Assembly (NCBI GenBank): GCA_031367345.1
Contig: JANLPR010000118.1
Coordinates: 121,591 to 185,590, forward strand
Direction of reading: 5' to 3'
Origin: Bacteroidota bacterium
GTDB taxonomy: Bacteria; Bacteroidota; Bacteroidia; AKYH767-A; 2013-40CM-41-45
Length of the DNA stretch: 64,000 bases
Part shown: one piece after another, positions 57,782 to 64,000 of the stretch
Layout: each line of letters starts with the position of its first letter
Position numbering within the stretch: the first letter of the stretch is position 1
The notes under the pieces: model-generated
The model's database searches: none
Told to the model about the DNA's origin: nothing
The model's input: the letters and a program-made list of their open reading frames with translations, nothing else
Made by a program: the position numbers and the translations under genes

Positions 57782-59197
57782 GTGAAATACATTCAAATCC
57801 TTATTTTCTTTTTCCTTTCTAGTTTTGGGAATACGATTTTTGCTCAAACAAATTTGACTTCAAAAGATACATCAGAAGTTCGATTTATTAATGCTCGTAA
57901 ATTTTATATTTATAAAGTTGATAAGGGAGAAACGCTCTTTAGTATTTCTCAAAAATTCAATATTCCGCAGCAAGAAATAATTGAATTTAACAAAAACATA
58001 AATAAGCAAGGCTTAAAATATAAATCTAAAATTTGGATACCGGCTTTTTCATGGTTAAATAAGGAAGCTCACAATGAAATAATAATAGAAGAAGAATATG
58101 ATAAGCATCCTGAAAAGAATGTTTATAAAATCGCTATCGTAGGATTACTAAATTTACCAAAATTTTATTCTTTAGACTCTACAGTTGAAGACTCAAGTAT
58201 TATTGAAGATAATATGGAAAGAGACATCGTCAACAATTTAACTTTTGTAGAAGGAGCTATTTATAGTGCAGAGCAACTAACCAAAGAAGGATTTAAGTCT
58301 CATCTTTTTATTCTAGATAGCGAACAAGATACTGTTAAATTATCGTCAAAACTTAGACAAGAATTACCTGACCTTATTATTTCAAATGAATCAGGAAGTA
58401 CATTAAAATATTTGTCTCATTATGCAGAGATTAAAAATATTAAACTAATTAGTTGTGGAATAAATACCACTGAATGTATTAAGGAATCCAATAATTCATA
58501 TTCACTCTATCCAAGTTCACTTACACAATGTGAAAGAATGGGATTTTTTAATTCTAAATATTTTCCTGGAGCAGTAGCTATAACAATTCACTCAAAGCAG
58601 GCGAAAGAAAATGATAGAGCTGCGTCTTTTCGAAGTGGATGGAAAAGTGGTGGAGGCGGAAGAAATATTATCGTTGATTATACTAAAGGTGGAGCAAAAG
58701 CTATTTTAGATAGTCTTAGCAGCTCTAAAAAAAATATTATATTTCTTTCTTTTTCGAATGAAGATATTATTACCACTATTTTAGCAGGATTGAAAAACCA
58801 AACACCAGAAAAAAATATTACCGTTGCCGGACTTCCAACATGGCAATATTTTGAAACGATAGATCAGAAATTATTAGACAAATGCAATGCAATTATCTTC
58901 AGTTCCGGTTTTATCGATTATAAAAGCACTGAAGTGGAGAATTTCAGAAAATATTTTAGAGAGAAATACAATAGTGAACCAACAGAAGCTTCATTTCAAG
59001 GAGTTGATGCAATGAAATACATTGCTAAGAATTTTTTAAAATTCGGGAAGAAATTTATTACCAACAGTAAATCGATTTATGTTGATGGATTATTTTCCGA
59101 ATATGATATGGAAGAAAACGAAAACAAAACAATTCATGTTTTTCAACCAACAAAGGATGAAGATGTTAATTTGTTTTTAAAAATTAAGAAGAAATAA
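57782..59197 (+). CDS. secreted LysM-domain protein with periplasmic-binding-protein-like (type I PBP/ANF-receptor-like) region
   Basis: Signal peptide, one LysM motif (YIYKVDKGETLFSISQKF). Remainder has alternating beta-alpha PBP-like pattern. Stop overlaps the hemF start. Confidence 0.45.
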   Translation: MKYIQILIFFFLSSFGNTIFAQTNLTSKDTSEVRFINARKFYIYKVDKGETLFSISQKFNIPQQEIIEFNKNINKQGLKYKSKIWIPAFSWLNKEAHNEIIIEEEYDKHPEKNVYKIAIVGLLNLPKFYSLDSTVEDSSIIEDNMERDIVNNLTFVEGAIYSAEQLTKEGFKSHLFILDSEQDTVKLSSKLRQELPDLIISNESGSTLKYLSHYAEIKNIKLISCGINTTECIKESNNSYSLYPSSLTQCERMGFFNSKYFPGAVAITIHSKQAKENDRAASFRSGWKSGGGGRNIIVDYTKGGAKAILDSLSSSKKNIIFLSFSNEDIITTILAGLKNQTPEKNITVAGLPTWQYFETIDQKLLDKCNAIIFSSGFIDYKSTEVENFRKYFREKYNSEPTEASFQGVDAMKYIAKNFLKFGKKFITNSKSIYVDGLFSEYDMEENENKTIHVFQPTKDEDVNLFLKIKKK

Positions 59198-60099
59198 TGG
59201 CCATAAACAAAATCGATATTTCAAATTGGTTTATGGACCTTCAAGACCGTATATGCCAAGGACTAGAAGAAATTGAAGGAAAAACTAAATTTATAGAAGA
59301 TATCTGGGTTAGAGAATCAGGTGGGGGAGGACGGACAAGAGTACTGAAAGAGGGGGTGATTATTGAAAAAGGCGGAGTTAATTACTCGGCCGTTTTTGGC
59401 AAGGCACCTTCGTTCTTAATTGAACAATTAGGTGTTGATTCTTCATCAGAATTTTATGCCACAGGAGTAAGTATTGTAATTCATCCAGTAAATCCTTTTG
59501 TTCCGATTATTCATATGAATGTTAGGTATTTTGAAATGAATGGTGGAATTTCTTGGTTTGGAGGAGGAATTGATTTAACTCCACATTATGTTAAATGGGA
59601 CGATGGCGTTTTCTTTCACACGCAATTAAAAGATGTTTGCGATAAGCATAGTGAACATTATTATACGGAGTTTAAAAAGTGGGCCGATAATTATTTCTTT
59701 ATAAAGCATCGAAATGAAACACGAGGAATCGGCGGAATATTCTTCGATCAATTGAAAGGTGATCAAAGTTTATCGCTCGAGAGTGTTTGGGAATTTGTGA
59801 AAGGTGTTGGAAATTGTTTTTTACCAACATACTCTGAACTTATTTCTAGAAATAAAGATACGAGTTTTACCATTGAAAATCAAAACTGGCAAAGTTTACG
59901 ACGTGGTCGTTATGTTGAGTTTAATTTAGTTTACGATCGAGGAACAAAATTCGGTTTGAATACAGAAGGAAGAACAGAAAGTATTTTAATGAGCTTGCCA
60001 AAAACAGCTTCATGGGAATACAACAATATGCCAAAAAAGGGAAGTCAAGAAGAGTTCACGTTATCACAATTGAAAAAAGGAATTGACTGGGTAAAATGA
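59197..60099 (+). CDS. hemF: oxygen-dependent coproporphyrinogen III oxidase
   Basis: 300 aa with HemF motifs (RESGGGGRTRVL, GGGIDLTPHY, RRGRYVEFNLVYDRGT). Confidence 0.85.
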   Translation: MAINKIDISNWFMDLQDRICQGLEEIEGKTKFIEDIWVRESGGGGRTRVLKEGVIIEKGGVNYSAVFGKAPSFLIEQLGVDSSSEFYATGVSIVIHPVNPFVPIIHMNVRYFEMNGGISWFGGGIDLTPHYVKWDDGVFFHTQLKDVCDKHSEHYYTEFKKWADNYFFIKHRNETRGIGGIFFDQLKGDQSLSLESVWEFVKGVGNCFLPTYSELISRNKDTSFTIENQNWQSLRRGRYVEFNLVYDRGTKFGLNTEGRTESILMSLPKTASWEYNNMPKKGSQEEFTLSQLKKGIDWVK

Positions 60100-60770
60100 A
60101 AACATTTGGCGATCAGGCCTACCATTTTTTTAACCAGCTCCGAATCAAAGAAGCTTTGCCAAAAGGAATAAAATGTCTGTTGCCATTTAAAGACACTGAA
60201 GTTCAAAAAGTAAATCAACTATTTTTTAAAAAATATTACAACGATCATCAAGTACGAAAAATGATCATTGGAATAAATCCGGGAAGATTTGGAGCGGGAG
60301 TTACCGGTATCAATTTCACAGATCCGGTTAATTGTGCGAGAGTTCTTAAAATTGAAAACACTTTTGAAAAACGTTCTGAGTTATCGAGCAATTTTATTTA
60401 TAAAGTGATTGATTCTCTTGGAGGTCCGGAAGTATTTTTTTCTACTTTTTTTATAACCTCGGTTAGTCCAATTGGATTCACGTTAGATAATAAAAACCTA
60501 AACTATTACGATAACAAAACTCTTCAAAGCCAGCTGAATGAATTTATAGTGCAATCGTTGAAAACACAACTGAAATTTGGGATCGATCGGAAAGCTGTTT
60601 ATTGTTTAGGCGAAGGGAAAAACTACAAGTTTATTTCAGAGCTGAATAACAGATATTCCTTTTTTGAAAAAATTGTGCCATTGGCACATCCTCGATATAT
60701 TATGCAATACAAGCGAAAGGAATTGGAAAGCTACATAGAGTATTATTTGACGGTTTTGCAAGAAAATTGA
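60096..60770 (+). CDS. uracil-DNA glycosylase superfamily protein (DUF4918/SMUG2-like)
   Basis: GINPGRFG motif resembling the UDG family-4/SMUG motif-1 (GE/INPG) and a C-terminal HPRY-like motif. Overlaps the hemF stop by 4 nt. Confidence 0.45.
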   Translation: MKTFGDQAYHFFNQLRIKEALPKGIKCLLPFKDTEVQKVNQLFFKKYYNDHQVRKMIIGINPGRFGAGVTGINFTDPVNCARVLKIENTFEKRSELSSNFIYKVIDSLGGPEVFFSTFFITSVSPIGFTLDNKNLNYYDNKTLQSQLNEFIVQSLKTQLKFGIDRKAVYCLGEGKNYKFISELNNRYSFFEKIVPLAHPRYIMQYKRKELESYIEYYLTVLQEN

Positions 60771-60866
60771 CTCGAGCCTTTGTTAAAAAACGGAATATTT
60801 ATTAGTTAATCTTCCAAAAATTCAACAATAATTTAGATATTTGCGTTGTATAAAATCGTTATTCAT

Positions 60867-61010
60867 ATGTCAAGTAATCATCACTCAGGTACACAAGAAA
60901 AGAAAAGTCTTTGGTTTACTTATTTTGGTAAAGGAGGAGCAGCAGTTTTTGCTCTATTATGGTTAATCATTACCATAGGCTGGATCTTTGGTGTAGTAAA
61001 TTGGGGATAA
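60867..61010 (+). CDS. possible small (47 aa) single-TM membrane protein
   Basis: ATG..TAA ORF MSSNHHSGTQEKKSLWFTYFGKGGAAVFALLWLIITIGWIFGVVNWG. Hydrophobic helix flanked by Trp. Followed 15 nt later by a strong terminator. Too short for the ORF track. Confidence 0.3.
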   Translation: MSSNHHSGTQEKKSLWFTYFGKGGAAVFALLWLIITIGWIFGVVNWG

Positions 61011-61024
61011 CAACCTTAAAAATA

Positions 61025-61060
61025 AAAAGTGCAGCCTAAAAAATGCTGCACTTTTTTTAT
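61025..61060. terminator. bidirectional rho-independent terminator
   Basis: AAAAGTGCAGC-CTAAAAAAT-GCTGCACTTTTTTT, between convergent genes. Confidence 0.65.
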
Positions 61061-61063
61061 GAA

Positions 61064-61714
61064 TTATTTTGAAAGCTTTTTGATCTTTTGAACATACAAA
61101 GTGTCTTCGGCATAATAAGTACCTAAAAAAATTAGATATTTTTCAGTGAGTTTAAATGAATGATCCTGCCACATTTTGTAGTCTTTAATACAAGCTTGCC
61201 AGTTATCATAAACGGCATAATTATTCTGACTTCTATATTTTTTTAATTCTTGTTGAGACCCTTTAATGATCGTGTTTGATTCAGGCAAATACAAACCGCT
61301 AGCACAAGTTTTACGCTTAAACGGATACCTCATTCCCAAAAGATTATTTGCTCTTTTTAAAAGGTAAGAAGTTAAATATCCGGACTCAATCATAATTTGG
61401 GCATAAACCTCATCCTGACAGATTAGTTTATTAGCTTGAATTTCTTCTTGCAAACTTGTAGTAGACAAAGGTAAACTAGCAGCCGAATAATTTTTCAGAA
61501 ACCCTTCTTTCGCAACATTAGCATTAAACGAAAAATCGTTGAATGTTAGAATGAAAAAGAAAATGAAAAAGCAGAAAGAAAATATTATGTTTCGAGTCTT
61601 TGAGTAATCAAAGGCTTTAGTCTGAAGCATAAAGTTGCTACAATTTTCATTACGGCAAATGCAATAATCTTTTTCTACGTGTATTTTTTTTGAATGACAA
61701 CAGCTCGTTTTCAT
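61064..61714 (-). CDS. glucosaminidase-domain (FlgJ-like mannosyl-glycoprotein endo-beta-N-acetylglucosaminidase family) protein with Cys-rich N-terminus and TM segment
   Basis: AQIMIESGYLTS...NNLLGM matches the glucosaminidase (PF01832-type) motif. N-terminal CCHSKK..CICRNENC and a hydrophobic segment. Confidence 0.5.
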   Translation of the reverse strand: MKTSCCHSKKIHVEKDYCICRNENCSNFMLQTKAFDYSKTRNIIFSFCFFIFFFILTFNDFSFNANVAKEGFLKNYSAASLPLSTTSLQEEIQANKLICQDEVYAQIMIESGYLTSYLLKRANNLLGMRYPFKRKTCASGLYLPESNTIIKGSQQELKKYRSQNNYAVYDNWQACIKDYKMWQDHSFKLTEKYLIFLGTYYAEDTLYVQKIKKLSK

Positions 61715-62443
61715 ACCATTTGTTTTTAGATAATCGATTGTGCGTGATCATTCTTTGTGTGCTTTACAAATTCAAAAGTAAACGAAGCGTTAGAGGAATG
61801 CATTGTTTATTATCTTAACAGCCGAGAATCATTGGTAAAAAAAGGAGATTCCTCCGCGAATGAAATACAGGTCAAATTAGCTTAAAAACCAACAAAAACG
61901 AATGAAATCGTTAAAATAGCGCCAAAAATAGCCTTTTGGGGGTAGGTTTGATGATAAGTGAAATCTGGAAACCAAAGTTCACTAGAGCGGAAATGGAGAA
62001 GGCCTGAAAAGGAATTAACGCTCAATTTTTTAACAATTGAAAGTAGGGAGAATAAATTTAATCAAAGAATAAATTGAGCGAAGTAAGATGAATAAAAAGT
62101 TGGATCGCTAATTTAGACGAAAGAAAAAAGGTCGAACGACCAAGCCGGCTAAATTGAATTGATTCGAATTCGGGCCAAAACATAGATTTGCATCTCCTTT
62201 TGTCCTATAATTAATATTATGTTAAGTAGCAAAATGCGCACTTTATCCTATCTTAAAAAAAACGGTTATTTCTTTGTATTAGATTTGGGGTGGCTTCGAT
62301 TCAATGTCTTTAATATTTTCTGGAAACGATACCATGCTTACTCATTTAACTCCACTCATTTCTCAATAAAACATCTCCCTATTCTAAAAAAAAACGGCCC
62401 GAATACCTGGAGCCATTTTTTAAAATCGTTATCTAACCTATTC

Positions 62444-63646
62444 TTACTTTAACAAGTCATCTACTTTTTTGAACTTGTCATTTTCCCCTGTTCTTAAATA
62501 CAATTGTTTCAAACTTACTAAGGTTGATTTATAGGTCTCCTTATCTTCCGGTGTTTTGTTTGGATTAGTTTCAAGTGCTTTCTCTAAATAAGGTTCGGAA
62601 TCTTTAAACTTCAAGTCAAATTTAATTTTCGCTTTTTCATAATCAGCATTCGATTTTAGAGAATTAGCTTTCCCAAACATATCAACAGCTTGATTAAAAT
62701 ACATAGCACCTAAGAAATAATTCAAATTAAAATCATTAGGTTCAACTTGAAGTCCATTCTTATAGGTCGATTCAGCTTTCGAGGTATAATCTGCAACTTG
62801 CTCAGGTTTTATTGTTGCTTTAATAGTGGAGTCTGATGGATGAGCAAGATTATCATACGTTGAACCAAGTGCTAAATAGAGACTTGTATTTGTTGGGTCT
62901 TTTGAAATAGCTTCATCCATTGCACCTACCGCATCTTTACTTCTTCCTTCAGCTAATAAAATGTTTATTTCAGTCAACATCAATACCAAGTTTCCAGGGG
63001 AAATATTTCTACCGGCACGAATAGTTGCTAAAGCTTTTTCACTTTGCTTATTTGTTTTATAAATATCTGCAAGTGATAAATAAATATTAGTGTCATCAAA
63101 CTTGTACGAAACCAACTGTTCATAAAATTTAATCGCTTTTTCTTTCTCACCGGCTCTTTCAGCAGAATATGCCGAATTTAATACCACAGCTGTATCTGAA
63201 GGCGACATTACCATCACCTTCTCAAAACTGTTCAGTGCAGATTTATAATCTTTCGCCTGATAGCTCTTTACCCCCTCATCGAAAATCGCTTTGATAATGA
63301 ATGGAATTCTAATACTGTTAATGTCATCAATCCATTCATTCTGCGGATCTAATTGAATAGCCTTAGAAAAAGCTTCATAAGCAACAAATAAACAATTATT
63401 GCACAAGCTTTTATACTTTTCACTTCCATAAAGCTCAGTGTAAATTAACCCTTTGTAGTACCACGTTTTAGCCATAGTTGCTGTTTGCTCATTTACAACA
63501 GCTTCATCAATAGCTTCTTTAGCTTTATCATACTGATTGTATGGATCCTTATAAAAATTCCAGGCAGTTTGAACTTTTGCTTTCTGTGAGTAGATTGAAC
63601 TAACACTTAAACAAATAGTTATAATGACTAAAACAACTTTTTTCAT
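62444..63646 (-). CDS. secreted tetratricopeptide-repeat protein
   Basis: Signal peptide plus ~8 TPR-like helical repeats; 400 aa. Confidence 0.6.
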   Translation of the reverse strand: MKKVVLVIITICLSVSSIYSQKAKVQTAWNFYKDPYNQYDKAKEAIDEAVVNEQTATMAKTWYYKGLIYTELYGSEKYKSLCNNCLFVAYEAFSKAIQLDPQNEWIDDINSIRIPFIIKAIFDEGVKSYQAKDYKSALNSFEKVMVMSPSDTAVVLNSAYSAERAGEKEKAIKFYEQLVSYKFDDTNIYLSLADIYKTNKQSEKALATIRAGRNISPGNLVLMLTEINILLAEGRSKDAVGAMDEAISKDPTNTSLYLALGSTYDNLAHPSDSTIKATIKPEQVADYTSKAESTYKNGLQVEPNDFNLNYFLGAMYFNQAVDMFGKANSLKSNADYEKAKIKFDLKFKDSEPYLEKALETNPNKTPEDKETYKSTLVSLKQLYLRTGENDKFKKVDDLLK

Positions 63647-63680
63647 AGTTTCAATTGCGATTTATTATGTTAAATAGGTT

Positions 63681-64000
63681 TTATTCTTTGGGTGAAGAAT
63701 CTTCTTCGGGTGTGCTCGAATCTTGCGCTTCGTTTGATGGTTCAATTGAATCGGGATTTTCTGCTAATGCTTTAGCTGCCTTTTTTTCCTCTTCATCAAT
63801 TTCAACTTTAGCAACAGAAGCAATTGCATCATCATCATCAAGTCTAATCAATCGAACACCTTGTGTGGCTCTTCCCATAACCCTTAACTCATCGATACAC
63901 ATTCTGATTGTAACGCCGGACTTATTAATGATCATTAAGTCATCACTTTCTTCAACCACTTTGATAGCAATTAGGTCGCCTGTTTTTTCTGTAATGTTGA
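63681..64000 (-). CDS. gyrA: DNA gyrase subunit A, 3' end (acidic C-terminal tail); gene continues beyond the window end
   Basis: GyrA C-terminal beta-pinwheel blade (GRATQGVRLIRLDDDD) followed by an acidic Glu/Asp/Ser-rich tail. The reading frame is open to position 64000. Confidence 0.7.
   Translation of the reverse strand, partial: NITEKTGDLIAIKVVEESDDLMIINKSGVTIRMCIDELRVMGRATQGVRLIRLDDDDAIASVAKVEIDEEEKKAAKALAENPDSIEPSNEAQDSSTPEEDSSPKE

Noticed and set aside
62219-62452. 77-aa + strand ORF in the long ORF-free region
   Set aside because: Weak, Leu/Phe-rich, runs into the convergent TPR gene stop with no RBS-like context. The region is better flagged as a possible ncRNA or pseudogene.
1-64000. 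CRISPR arrays, transposases/integrases, prophage or other mobile elements
   Set aside because: No regularly spaced direct repeats of 25-40 bp, no DDE/tyrosine-recombinase-like ORFs and no abrupt GC shift. The window looks like core chromosome.

Overview
Low-GC (~35%) chromosomal segment that looks Bacteroidota-like. The evidence is a SusC/SusD pair, several proteins ending in T9SS C-terminal sorting domains, and Bacteroidetes-style lipoproteins. About 50 densely packed genes, mostly housekeeping and envelope functions. In order: speA and an arginase-family ureohydrolase, argS, a FAH hydrolase and DnaQ-like exonuclease, a 2-oxoacid dehydrogenase E2, a GT2 fusion protein, recR, a sodium:solute symporter, hbd, and a sugar transferase / lipoprotein / oxidoreductase operon. 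Then pcm, an orphan SusC/SusD pair, smpB, an Nramp-Usp fusion with an adjacent DtxR/MntR-type regulator, pyrD, a full phosphate-uptake locus (receiver, porin, pstSCAB, phoU), mltG, a phosphosugar mutase, and an AIM24/TIGR00266 protein. A 12-kb block on the minus strand (40.7-52.9 kb) encodes three giant secreted surface proteins with a small membrane protein and a FemAB/CelD-like GNAT-fold protein nested among them. Finally bshC-like, a T9SS-secreted phosphoesterase, guaA, a LysM protein, hemF, a UDG-like protein, a glucosaminidase-domain protein, a TPR protein, and the 3' end of gyrA. No tRNA, rRNA, CRISPR array or transposase/integrase was recognised. Most worth a second look: the giant secreted-protein block with its nested GNAT/membrane pair; the 1131-aa protein that ends in dockerin-like calcium-loop motifs instead of a T9SS sorting domain; a tandem array of three hairpins sharing an identical loop with compensatory stem changes; a GT2 fused to a catalytically gutted sugar-transferase remnant; a Pho-box-like triple direct repeat upstream of the porin-pst operon; an Nramp-Usp fusion; and a ~730-bp ORF-free region. 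All calls rest on reading the translated ORFs and the sequence by eye. No database searches were run.
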